A DNA stretch of 64,000 nucleotides from Gammaproteobacteria bacterium. Its GTDB lineage: Bacteria; Pseudomonadota; Gammaproteobacteria; G965277405. Under the pieces are notes generated by a model. That model was not told the origin of the DNA, searched no databases, and worked only from the letters and a program-made list of their open reading frames with translations. Below are positions 52,708 to 61,975 of this stretch, one piece after another; the first letter of the stretch is position 1, and each line of letters opens with the position of its first letter. The translations under genes were made by a program, and so were the position numbers. The stretch spans positions 352,001 through 416,000 of the forward strand of contig OZ255726.1 in assembly GCA_965277405.1 (NCBI GenBank), read 5' to 3'.

Positions 52708-54240
52708 TTACCCTCTGTACACACCAATGTTGCTATTATCTTCTGACTGTAGTTTTTTTGTAAATGTTCCTACGGAATAGGATCCATCGTCATCAAAATC
52801 ATCAGCCATATGCTCCATGTCCATTTGATCTGGAAGTGGATCAGAAAACTTAGACCTAGTGTTTACGTAATTAAGATATACCGAACCAACGGGACCATTG
52901 CGTTGCTTGCCGATAACAATTTGTGCTTTTCCTTTTAACTTAGGCACATTCTTTTCATACACTTCCGCACGATAAATAAACATAATTAGATCAGCGTCTT
53001 GTTCGATTGATCCTGAATCACGAAGGTCAGACATTTGCGGAGTTTTATCACCGCGTTTCTCAAGTTCTCGATTTAATTGTGACAGCACCACCACTGGAAC
53101 ATTAAACTCGCGAGCAATCATTTTAAGCATGCGGGTATCATGAGAAACCTGAGTTGTCCTGTTGGCTTGCGAAAGTTCTGGAGCCGATTGCATCAATTGT
53201 AAATAGTCAATCATCACCAAACCAAGCTCCACACCTTTACATAGCATCCGTTTTACCTTACGGATCCGCGAGCGGATTTGAGTTGTTGATAATGCGTTTG
53301 AATCGTCAATAAGAATGTTATAGCTATCCAATGCCGCCATGCTATCGATCAAACTACTTGTATCTTTATCGTTAATTTCTCCCGTGCGCAGTTTATCGTG
53401 ATCGACATTGGCAAGCGAAGACAACATGCGCATAATCAGTTGGTCGCCAGGCATCTCTAAACTGAAAAGTATCGATGCTGGCACTGGTTGATTGATTTGC
53501 TGGTAACGGGCACACATATTTTCGATAATGTTAAGCGCAAATGTTGTTTTACCCATACTTGGTCTAGCAGCAATGACGACCAGCTCGCCTGGGTGCAAGC
53601 CGGTTGTCATGGCATCTAGTCGTTTAAAACCCATTGGTAGGCCAGTAATCCCATTCGGGTTATCTTTGAGCGCTGCCAGCTTTTCCCACGCGATTTTACT
53701 AAATTCATTTATTTTGCGCGGACCATCAGCTCCATCTGCTGCGGTTGCAATACTAAATATTTTACTATCCGCAATATCCAAAATATCTTCAGTGCTGCGG
53801 CTGCTACCCCCACTGTTTACAGGTTTATCAATCAAGTTTACTATTGCAGCACAGGCGTCGAGCAAAGCACGCAGTTTTGCTTTGTCTGCAATGATTTTTG
53901 CATAACTTAAGGTATTTTCAGAACCAGGGGTGTAAAAGCATAAATCAGTTAATAGCTCAAGGGTAATGCTATGGCCTGATGGCGCGTTAGTTTGTGCTAG
54001 GGCATTGACCGTAATCGGGTCAGCGGCTTGCCCACTATTCTTTAATGCTTGAATAAGCTTGAAAATTTCTTCATGGTTTGGGCTAACAAAACTATTTGCT
54101 TGCACTAAACCATAGATATCGTCAAATAAATCGTTGTTATTTAACAGGCTACCAAGGACCGCTTTTTCAGCATCAGCTGATGCTGGCGTCTTTGGTGCTG
54201 GTTGTTTCTGCGGTTGTGTATCTTTAGGAGTATCTGACAT
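52708..54240 (-). CDS. dnaB: Replicative DNA helicase
   Basis: AARPSMGKT, FSLEM, DYLQLM, LSQLNR, SDLRDSGSIEQDAD, KQRNGP. Confidence 0.97.
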   Translation of the reverse strand: MSDTPKDTQPQKQPAPKTPASADAEKAVLGSLLNNNDLFDDIYGLVQANSFVSPNHEEIFKLIQALKNSGQAADPITVNALAQTNAPSGHSITLELLTDLCFYTPGSENTLSYAKIIADKAKLRALLDACAAIVNLIDKPVNSGGSSRSTEDILDIADSKIFSIATAADGADGPRKINEFSKIAWEKLAALKDNPNGITGLPMGFKRLDAMTTGLHPGELVVIAARPSMGKTTFALNIIENMCARYQQINQPVPASILFSLEMPGDQLIMRMLSSLANVDHDKLRTGEINDKDTSSLIDSMAALDSYNILIDDSNALSTTQIRSRIRKVKRMLCKGVELGLVMIDYLQLMQSAPELSQANRTTQVSHDTRMLKMIAREFNVPVVVLSQLNRELEKRGDKTPQMSDLRDSGSIEQDADLIMFIYRAEVYEKNVPKLKGKAQIVIGKQRNGPVGSVYLNYVNTRSKFSDPLPDQMDMEHMADDFDDDGSYSVGTFTKKLQSEDNSNIGVYRG

Positions 54241-54268
54241 GGGTCTCCAAAATATAGGGTAAACGAAC

Positions 54269-54345
54269 TGGTGCGCCCGGAGGGATTCGAACCCCCGACC
54301 TACTGGTTCGAAGCCAGTTGCTCTATCCGGCTGAGCTACAGGCGC
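54269..54345 (-). tRNA. tRNA-Arg (TCG)
   Basis: GCGCCTGTAGCTCAGCCGGATAGAGCA-ACTGG-CT TCG AA-CCAGT-AGGTCGGGGGTTCGAATCCCTCCGGGCGCACCA. Confidence 0.93.
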
Positions 54346-54354
54346 TCGTGTCGC

Positions 54355-55242
54355 TTATTGGGCATAACCATATTTTTTGATTTGTTTCATGAAGGAAAAA
54401 AACTCACTATCTGGTGCTACTACAAAAATATCACTCTTATCTTTAAATGTTGCTTCGTAGGCTTTTAACGAACGATATAATTCAAAGAAATCTGAATTTT
54501 GGCTATATGCATCAGCATATGTTTGTGCTGCCAACGCATCACCTTTACCACGCAATATTTCAGATTGACGGTATGCATCAGACTCGATGATAAGTTTCTG
54601 TTTATCCGCTTTAGCTCGAATAGCTTCAGATTTTTCACGACCTTCAGATCGCAGTTCTCGCGCTAACCGCTCGCGTTCAGAAATCATCCGCTCATATACT
54701 GAGCGACTCACTGTTTCTGGCAGGTTTAATTTGCGAACACGGACATCAATAATGCGGACACCAAGTTCACGGCGGATTGTTGTATCTAGTGCAGTTGTGA
54801 GCTCGCTCATCGCCAAATCGCGATCGCCTGATATTACTTCATTAACTGTCCGTTCACCATATTGGTTACGCAGACCAGTATTTACACGGGCGGCAATCAA
54901 CCGCTCCGCATTGCTGACATTGCCATTTGTCGCTGTATAAAATACTGGTACTTTATCAATTTTCCATTTAACATACGTATCCACAACTAAAGCTTTCTTC
55001 TCTTTAGTCAGATATTCTTCAGGTCGTGCATCAAGGGTTTGTACTCGGCTATCAAATTTGATCACTTGGTCAGCAAAAGGCACTTTTATGTGCAAGCCAG
55101 GCAGCACATTGTCGTGAGTAACTTCTCCGAAACGCAGCACAACAGCACGCTGTCGTTCGTCGACAACAAATAACACTTGTGAGGCGATGAGTGCTGCGAG
55201 AGCCAAAATAACGAGTAAAAAAACTGGAAATGAGCGAGACAT
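54355..55242 (-). CDS. hflC: FtsH modulator HflC
   Basis: SPFH domain, LVVD.YVKW.I, VYERM..ER, F...YRSL.AY. Confidence 0.95.
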   Translation of the reverse strand: MSRSFPVFLLVILALAALIASQVLFVVDERQRAVVLRFGEVTHDNVLPGLHIKVPFADQVIKFDSRVQTLDARPEEYLTKEKKALVVDTYVKWKIDKVPVFYTATNGNVSNAERLIAARVNTGLRNQYGERTVNEVISGDRDLAMSELTTALDTTIRRELGVRIIDVRVRKLNLPETVSRSVYERMISERERLARELRSEGREKSEAIRAKADKQKLIIESDAYRQSEILRGKGDALAAQTYADAYSQNSDFFELYRSLKAYEATFKDKSDIFVVAPDSEFFSFMKQIKKYGYAQ

Positions 55243-56483
55243 TAGCGTTGCTGTGATTGAGGGGAAATCGTAGGGTTGGCGCTGCGTTGGCGCGAACGTA
55301 GTTCATCAACAATACGATCAGTAAGGAACTCTACTTCAGAGTTTGAGAGAGAACCTGCGGATACGGGAGAATTGCTGCTTGAGCCACTGCTAATAGACCT
55401 ACCGCCTTGGCGCATTATTTGATCAAGCGGTATATATAGCATGTTGTTACTCCCGTTCTTGGTATCGATAACAATCTTACTCGTGCTACTAAACACTTGT
55501 TGCATTGTATCTAAATACAGTCGTCGCGTCATGATGACAGGTGCTTTTTCATATTCACTTAAAATCTGCACAAAGCGATTGGCTTCACCTTTGGCACGCG
55601 CAATGACACTTTCTTTATACCCGCGCGCATCTTCAATGATACGTTGCGCTTGTCCACGTGCTTCTGGAACAATACCGTTGGCGTATGCAGTTGCTTCGTT
55701 CACCACCCGCACCTTATCTTCACGCGCTTTTATAACATCATCAAACGCTGGTTTTACTGGGTCTGGCGGCTTGGCTTCAAGGATGTTCACCCCACGAATT
55801 TCTAAGCCAGTACCATACGTATCAAGATACTGCTGGACACGTTCACGGATACTGCTGGCAATGCGAGCACGGCCGCTGGTAATAACATCGTCAAGTGTGG
55901 AGCTGCCAACAACATGACGCAGCGCACTATCTGTTGCAACACCTAGGCTCTGCTCAGGATTACGGACATTAAGTACAAAATCTTTGCCGCTGCCAATTTT
56001 GTATTGTACCTGTAAGGTGATTTGCACGATGTTTTCATCTTCTGTCAGCATATCACCACGAAAATTTTGATCACGAACCCGTGTTTGATTGATCCGTGTT
56101 ACATCGTCAATGAGTGGCGGCTGCCAACGTAGCCCTGGAAATAACTCGCTATGATATTTGCCAAAGCGCAATACCACCCCACGTTCCTGCTCGTTAATGA
56201 TGTAAAAGCCACTCATTACCCAAATAATACCAATCAGAGCAATCGCTGCCAATACTAATGCAGTTGTTGGCAAGGTAAACCCACCCGAACCAGAATTATT
56301 TTTTGGCGGCTGACCGCCGTTGCTATTACCTGACCCAGATTGTTTGCGATTATTTGGTTTATTAAACAATCCGCCAACGCCTGAACGCCATTTATCAAGC
56401 AGTTCTTCTAAATCAGGTGGTCCTTGATTCCCTGAATTTTTATCCTTGTCACCCCAAGGGTTTTGATCTTGATTTGAGTTCAT
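55242..56483 (-). CDS. hflK: FtsH modulator HflK
   Basis: PWG...GPPDLEE, MLTEDENIV, AFDDVIKARED, RLYLDTM. Confidence 0.95.
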   Translation of the reverse strand: MNSNQDQNPWGDKDKNSGNQGPPDLEELLDKWRSGVGGLFNKPNNRKQSGSGNSNGGQPPKNNSGSGGFTLPTTALVLAAIALIGIIWVMSGFYIINEQERGVVLRFGKYHSELFPGLRWQPPLIDDVTRINQTRVRDQNFRGDMLTEDENIVQITLQVQYKIGSGKDFVLNVRNPEQSLGVATDSALRHVVGSSTLDDVITSGRARIASSIRERVQQYLDTYGTGLEIRGVNILEAKPPDPVKPAFDDVIKAREDKVRVVNEATAYANGIVPEARGQAQRIIEDARGYKESVIARAKGEANRFVQILSEYEKAPVIMTRRLYLDTMQQVFSSTSKIVIDTKNGSNNMLYIPLDQIMRQGGRSISSGSSSNSPVSAGSLSNSEVEFLTDRIVDELRSRQRSANPTISPQSQQR

Positions 56484-56495
56484 ACGAGTCGTGCG

Positions 56496-56741
56496 TTATG
56501 GTGTGTTTATTTCTTCAAGCGGCAGAGAGCTCAAATCAACATTTTGAGCTGGGACAACAGTTGAAATTGAATGTTTATATACAAGTTGGGTAATGGTGTT
56601 TTTGAGCAACAAGCAATATGCGTCGAAAGCTTCAATCTTTCCTTGTAGTTTAATGCCGTTGGCAAGAAAAATATTCACGTCTGTTTGGTCTATTCGTAAG
56701 GCGTTGAGATACGGTTCTTGCAACGTTACTTGCTTGGTCAT
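56496..56741 (-). CDS. hfq: RNA chaperone Hfq
   Basis: [30 protein letters not shown]. Confidence 0.96.
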   Translation of the reverse strand: MTKQVTLQEPYLNALRIDQTDVNIFLANGIKLQGKIEAFDAYCLLLKNTITQLVYKHSISTVVPAQNVDLSSLPLEEINTP

Positions 56742-56779
56742 GTGAGTTCCATTTGTTGTATTTATAATCTAAAAAGCTT

Positions 56780-57748
56780 CTATTCTAATTGTGAAGCCCG
56801 CTGAATTGTATCAAGGGCTTTTGATAAAGCAAAAGCATCGTGTAATTTTACAGTATCAATCCAGTTGATGTTGTCCATTGCCCGCAGCCAAGTGTATTGG
56901 CGTTTGGCAAACTGACGCGTTGCAAACAATGTTTGCTCGAACATACATTGTGTTGACAATGAGGTTTTCAAGCCTGCAAATATCTGTCGATAGCCTATTG
57001 CACGACGAACTGGTTGACAAATACCCATAGGGAACTGTTGCTGTAATTGGATGACTTCAGCAACAAAGCCAGCAGAGAACATTTGCTTAAGCCGCTGTTC
57101 GATTCGTAAATGCAATTGCACTCGCGGCGTATCTAAAGCAAAGCATTGAATATTAAATGGAGCTGGCCTCTTTGGATGCGCTAATAAATACAGTGACATT
57201 GGCGTCTGTGTGGTATGGATAACTTGCAGCGCGCGGCAAATGCGTTGGCTATCATTTGGTTGTAATTGCTTTGCATATACAGGGTCTGCTGCTTGTAATG
57301 CCGCAAACAGTAACGGTAATTCGCCATTGTCTATCTGCTGTGTAAGTTGTTGTGCATACTGAGGGTCACTTGCTGGCAAAGCTGACAATCCTCGTATCAG
57401 CGCATTGAGATATAGCATACTACCACCAACAAATACGGGGACTCGTTGCTGCGCAAACACATGCTGACAAATCGATATGGCATCTGCATAAAATTGACCA
57501 ACATTATAGGCGGTAGTGACGTCTCGAATGTTGACAAGCTGGAGTGCAGCTGCCGCGATTTCCTTGTCACTGGGTTTTGCAGTTCCAATGTTTGTTTGTT
57601 TGTAGACCAGCATAGAGTCTGCGTTGATGAGCTGAAAGCGTTTATTAGCGGCAAGAGCAAACGACAAGCTACTCTTGCCTGTTGCGGTGGCACCAACGAT
57701 GGCGATTGCTGTAGAGCGGTTATTTGTTTTTTTCATCATCATCATCAT
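56780..57748 (-). CDS. miaA: tRNA dimethylallyltransferase
   Basis: GATATGKS, DSM.VY...IGTAKP, VGGSMLY, AKRQ.TW. Start lies somewhere in the run of five ATG codons. Confidence 0.93.
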   Translation of the reverse strand: MMMMMKKTNNRSTAIAIVGATATGKSSLSFALAANKRFQLINADSMLVYKQTNIGTAKPSDKEIAAAALQLVNIRDVTTAYNVGQFYADAISICQHVFAQQRVPVFVGGSMLYLNALIRGLSALPASDPQYAQQLTQQIDNGELPLLFAALQAADPVYAKQLQPNDSQRICRALQVIHTTQTPMSLYLLAHPKRPAPFNIQCFALDTPRVQLHLRIEQRLKQMFSAGFVAEVIQLQQQFPMGICQPVRRAIGYRQIFAGLKTSLSTQCMFEQTLFATRQFAKRQYTWLRAMDNINWIDTVKLHDAFALSKALDTIQRASQLE

Positions 57749-57761
57749 ATAGAGGCGGCTC

Positions 57762-58919
57762 ATGACCATATCTGTTTTTCATTATCCAACGCACATTGTA
57801 TTTGGTAATGGTGCCGTGCAACAGCTCCCCCAACTATTTCGCAACTCACCCATAACATTGCCGCTATTAGTAACTGATGTCAACTTGCAACACAGCCAAG
57901 GGTTTGCATTTGTACAACGTACATTTCAAGGTGCAGCTATATTTATATTAGCAGCGCCAGACCCTACGCTTGAGCATCTTAACGCTGGGATTGAAACGTT
58001 TTTAGCCAACAAATGCGACGGTGTTATTGCGTATGGAGGTGGATCGAGTCTTGATATTGGCAAGATGATAGGGTTTATGCAGCAACAAACGCTATCAGTT
58101 TGGAAATTTGAAGATTTTGGTGACAATTGGCAGCAGGCCGACTCACGGGTTATTGCGCCGACGATTGCCATCCCAACAACGTCTGGCACAGGTTCAGAAG
58201 TAGGACGCGCTGCCGTCCTAACAAATGTAGACGAACAAATTAAAAAAATTTTATTCCACCCAAAAATGATGCCAATCGTCACTATCGCAGACCCAGAATT
58301 AACCCAAACAATGCCGAGGCGCGTAACTCTAGGTACTGGGATGGATGCGTTTGCGCATAACTTTGAGGCGTATTGCGCGCGTGGTTATAATCCGCTCGCT
58401 GACGCATTAGCGCTAGAAGGGATGCGCTATATTCGACACGCGCTTGAGCGTGTATTGCAAGACCCCAACGATTTACCAGCGCGGGGAAAAATGATGATGG
58501 GGTCGATTTTTGGTGGCGCGGCATTCCAAAAGGGGCAAGGCGCCATCCATGCATTGTCGCATCCAATCGGCGCCTTATTTCACTGTCATCACGGCATGAC
58601 CAATGGCACATTATTGCCATATGTAATGGCGTATAACAAGCAAGTAATAACTGGGAAAATAGACAGAGTTGCTCACGCGTTAGCGTTAGAGAATAGCGAG
58701 TTTACCACAGTGCTTGATTGGTTGAATAAATGGCGGATTCAACTTGGTGTTGCGCATACTTTGGGTGAACTTGGAGCGCCAGCTGGGCATGATGCCAAGA
58801 TAGCTATACGTTCGTTGAGCGACCCGTCAGCACGCAGCAATCCAAGGGAATTAACAAGACAAGGTGCTAGCAATATATTGGCAGCCGCACGCGCCGGCGA
58901 CGTCGGCTATGTTATATAA
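57762..58919 (+). CDS. Iron-containing alcohol dehydrogenase
   Basis: GGGSSLD, PTTSGTGSE, GMDAFAH..E, HALSH, HHG. Confidence 0.92.
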   Translation: MTISVFHYPTHIVFGNGAVQQLPQLFRNSPITLPLLVTDVNLQHSQGFAFVQRTFQGAAIFILAAPDPTLEHLNAGIETFLANKCDGVIAYGGGSSLDIGKMIGFMQQQTLSVWKFEDFGDNWQQADSRVIAPTIAIPTTSGTGSEVGRAAVLTNVDEQIKKILFHPKMMPIVTIADPELTQTMPRRVTLGTGMDAFAHNFEAYCARGYNPLADALALEGMRYIRHALERVLQDPNDLPARGKMMMGSIFGGAAFQKGQGAIHALSHPIGALFHCHHGMTNGTLLPYVMAYNKQVITGKIDRVAHALALENSEFTTVLDWLNKWRIQLGVAHTLGELGAPAGHDAKIAIRSLSDPSARSNPRELTRQGASNILAAARAGDVGYVI

Positions 58920-58965
58920 CGTTGCGATACTCATCACCAACAGCAAACCATAAATCCTGCTTTAA

Positions 58966-59012
58966 GGAACATTTGATTAAGTCGCTGATGGAGCGAGTTA
59001 AGCAGAGCTTCC
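58966..59012. repeat. 47-bp mini-MITE hairpin
   Basis: GGAACATTTGATTAAGTCGCTGATGGAGCGAGTTAAGCAGAGCTTCC between convergent genes. Confidence 0.78.
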
Positions 59013-59044
59013 TAAGAAATGCTCTCGACAATTATCGTAATTTG

Positions 59045-59923
59045 TCATTCGGCACGTTGCACTAACGACTTAACCTGAATTTCGTCAGCAAGCGCAAGCA
59101 AGGGCGGCAGCGGACGGGCATACGTTGGATCACTATACAATTCAGCTAATAATGACTTCAAGGCGACCAGCCCTCCATGGTCGTTAACAATTTTAACGCG
59201 TTTCACTATGAGTTCTTCGAGTTTGGATGCAACCTGTCCTCCATATAGGGTCACACAATCAGCAGGGAATACATTCACCAAACCAGCAATCATTCCTGCG
59301 CCACCTGTCATAACCAAGCGACTCAAGATACGCGCATCGCCGGTAAAAATCGATAAATCTGGAAACAAAGAAATAAGTTTTAGCCCATTTGCTAGATCAC
59401 CTGTGGAGTCTTTAATCCCAACAACACGTGTCCCCAAACGCAGGCAAACATTTTGAATAAGTTGTGGCGTAAAAGTCACACCACTAAAAACAGGAAAATT
59501 GTATAGCACGATGTCAAGATCAGGAGCGCCAGCGGCTTTGACTACAGCATCAAAGAAATCTACTACGCCATTGTCAGATGCTTCATAATAAAATGGTGGA
59601 ATAATAAGCGCAGCTCGGCATCCTATACCTGCTGCCTTGCGGTATAAACACGCCGCATCATCTACAGACGAGGCAATAATCCCAACAATTTGCCGCTGCA
59701 TATCAAACCCTGCAGTCACCATGATGTCCAGAGCGTCAGTTTTTTGTTGTGCCGATAAAGAAGCACCTTCTCCCGTCGTTCCGAACACCGAGGTAAAAGC
59801 GCATCCTTCATCCAACATTTTGCGGCAATGCACAGCAAGACGAGCGGCATCAATTGCAAAGTTGACATCAACTGGTGTGACTGCAGCCCCGATGACGCCC
59901 TTTAAATCCGTGTTTTTTCGCAT
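59045..59923 (-). CDS. Dihydrodipicolinate synthase/aldolase family protein
   Basis: GTTGEG, PPFYY, LYNFP, GIKDS.G. Confidence 0.9.
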   Translation of the reverse strand: MRKNTDLKGVIGAAVTPVDVNFAIDAARLAVHCRKMLDEGCAFTSVFGTTGEGASLSAQQKTDALDIMVTAGFDMQRQIVGIIASSVDDAACLYRKAAGIGCRAALIIPPFYYEASDNGVVDFFDAVVKAAGAPDLDIVLYNFPVFSGVTFTPQLIQNVCLRLGTRVVGIKDSTGDLANGLKLISLFPDLSIFTGDARILSRLVMTGGAGMIAGLVNVFPADCVTLYGGQVASKLEELIVKRVKIVNDHGGLVALKSLLAELYSDPTYARPLPPLLALADEIQVKSLVQRAE

Positions 59924-60013
59924 GCACTTTCCCCAAAATTCTTAATTTTAACACTATAGCTAAACTGATATGAAGTAATACAATTACCACTCCAAATAAT
60001 AAGGGGCCTCTAA

Positions 60014-60296
60014 GGAAGCTCTGATTAAGTCCATGACGGGCGAGACGGAAAAAAACGCTGATGATAACTAGACGCAGTGCGCAGATAATACTGGTGGTAT
60101 TATCAAGTGCTGCAACGACGTTAGCGCAGCGTTTTTTCCCGGCCTTCTATTAATATATGATGGTTTGCCTACAAGCGGTACTTGCTGTGTTGCATCCCTT
60201 GGCGTATATGCTACGGCATGCTCCTGCGGAATGCGCCTTGCAATCATCAGCAATTGCAGGCAAACTCGCTCCATCAGCGACTTAATCAGAGCTTCC
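60014..60296 (-). mobile_element. MITE family copy (full length)
   Basis: TIRs intact; flanks CTAA/CCAA. Confidence 0.9.
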
Positions 60297-60407
60297 CCAA
60301 TTAACTTACTGATGGTGCGATGATTGCATCGCGTATACTTTAGAATACACTTAAGGTATGCGATACACGCGAAATTTACCCTCAACCCCATACAGGACTG
60401 GTAAAAA

Positions 60408-60430
60408 CATCATGGAATTAATCAGAACTT
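60408..60430. repeat. Solo degenerate MITE terminus
   Basis: CATCATGGAATTAATCAGAACTT. Confidence 0.55.
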
Positions 60431-60462
60431 AACGGAAGTAATTAAAGAGCAAGGAGAAACAC

Positions 60463-61455
60463 ATGAAAATTAACAAAATAATTGCCGCTGCAATATGTTG
60501 CTCGGCATTCACTGCACCTGCATTTACTGCAGACATGATTGAAATAAAATATACCACAGTCTCAGTCCCGACTGATTTTCATACTAAAGCCATGCAGGTG
60601 TTTAAAAAATCACTTACCAAGGCGGTGCCAAACAGATTTAATATCCAACTGTATGATTCAGGGTCGCTATTTAAATCAGGTCCTGATCTTGATGCTTTGC
60701 AACGGGATAATGCGGAAATGGCATACTTATCATTTCAACTCATTGCTGACGAAATACCTAAATACAGCGTTCTTACTGCCGGTTATCTGTTTAAAAGCCC
60801 TGAACATTACCGTACTTTTCTTGCATCTGATATTGGTAAAATATTCATACAAGACGTAGCAGACATTATGGATGTGCAAATCCTTGATGCATGTTACTTG
60901 GGCACGCGAGAACTTAATCTAAGAAAAGTGCGTGATGTGCAAACTCCTGCTGATTTGGCTGGAGTAAAGCTGCGCATGCCAGGCTCAGATTCATGGTTGT
61001 TTTTAGGTGATGCCTTAGGTGCCGCAGCGACTCCTATGCCATTTGGTGAAGTATATCTTGGACTACAAACTGGAACTATTGATGCGCAGGATAATCCGCT
61101 TCCTACAATCGAAGCCGCTAAATTCTACGAAGTGACAAAACAAATAGTTATGACCAATCACTTAGTTGATGCAATCAATATCATTGTTAACAACACAACT
61201 TGGAGCAAATTAACAAAAATTGAACAGCAGGCCATGCGCCAAGCAGCGGTTGATTCATGCAACTGGAATAACGCACATCGCCAAGCAGAAGAAGCTCGAT
61301 TAATCGATGTATTTATCAGCAAAGGGCTTACGGTCACAACCCCAAATGTTGCAGCGTTCCGCAAACATGTACAAGCGTATTATGTGAATTCGGATAGATC
61401 GCAAGATTGGCCAACAGGTTGGATAGAAAAAGTCAATGCAATGGCTAAGGACTAG
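60463..61455 (+). CDS. dctP: TRAP transporter substrate-binding protein
   Basis: DLAGVKLRMP, PMPFGEVYLGLQTG.IDAQDNP, KFYEV. Confidence 0.92.
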   Translation: MKINKIIAAAICCSAFTAPAFTADMIEIKYTTVSVPTDFHTKAMQVFKKSLTKAVPNRFNIQLYDSGSLFKSGPDLDALQRDNAEMAYLSFQLIADEIPKYSVLTAGYLFKSPEHYRTFLASDIGKIFIQDVADIMDVQILDACYLGTRELNLRKVRDVQTPADLAGVKLRMPGSDSWLFLGDALGAAATPMPFGEVYLGLQTGTIDAQDNPLPTIEAAKFYEVTKQIVMTNHLVDAINIIVNNTTWSKLTKIEQQAMRQAAVDSCNWNNAHRQAEEARLIDVFISKGLTVTTPNVAAFRKHVQAYYVNSDRSQDWPTGWIEKVNAMAKD

Positions 61456-61457
61456 CG

Positions 61458-61964
61458 ATGGCAATTCCTATTCGTAGGAGAGTAATTACAGTTAGTAAGA
61501 AATTTTCCCAGTTTGCGAATGCTATCGGTGTGCTCTGCTTCCTTGTGGTATTTATTGGATTCATCATTCAAATTTTCTATCGTTACGTACTCAACGACCC
61601 GATACGCTGGACAGAAGAGATGATCATGATCGGATTTATTTGGTCAGTCTTCTGGGCTAATGCATTCATGGTGCCGATCAATCAGCATGTCTCATTAGAT
61701 GTTGTGTACGACATAGCATCAGCCAAAGTAAAGCGTGTCCTAGCAATTATATCGATGGCAGCGGTCATCATTGCCTTTATAACTTTATTTCCAGCTACAA
61801 TCGACTACCTTGATTTTCTTACTCGTAAAAAAAGCCCAGTGTTACGACTCCCAATGCATTGGATTTACGCCTGCTATTTATTATTTATTGTTGGCTTTAC
61901 TGTGCAAGCTGGAAAGCGGCTGTTGCGCCTCACAAGTTCTAACTGGCGTAAAAATCTTTCATAG
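61458..61964 (+). CDS. dctQ: TRAP transporter small permease
   Basis: RYVLN.P..WTEE, HVSLD; four TM segments. Confidence 0.9.
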   Translation: MAIPIRRRVITVSKKFSQFANAIGVLCFLVVFIGFIIQIFYRYVLNDPIRWTEEMIMIGFIWSVFWANAFMVPINQHVSLDVVYDIASAKVKRVLAIISMAAVIIAFITLFPATIDYLDFLTRKKSPVLRLPMHWIYACYLLFIVGFTVQAGKRLLRLTSSNWRKNLS

Positions 61965-61975
61965 AAACACTGCCG

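Noticed and set aside
52708-54240. Possible intein in the long DnaB
   Set aside because: The extra length is in the N- and C-terminal tails and small loops. The helicase motifs are contiguous and there is no intein signature.
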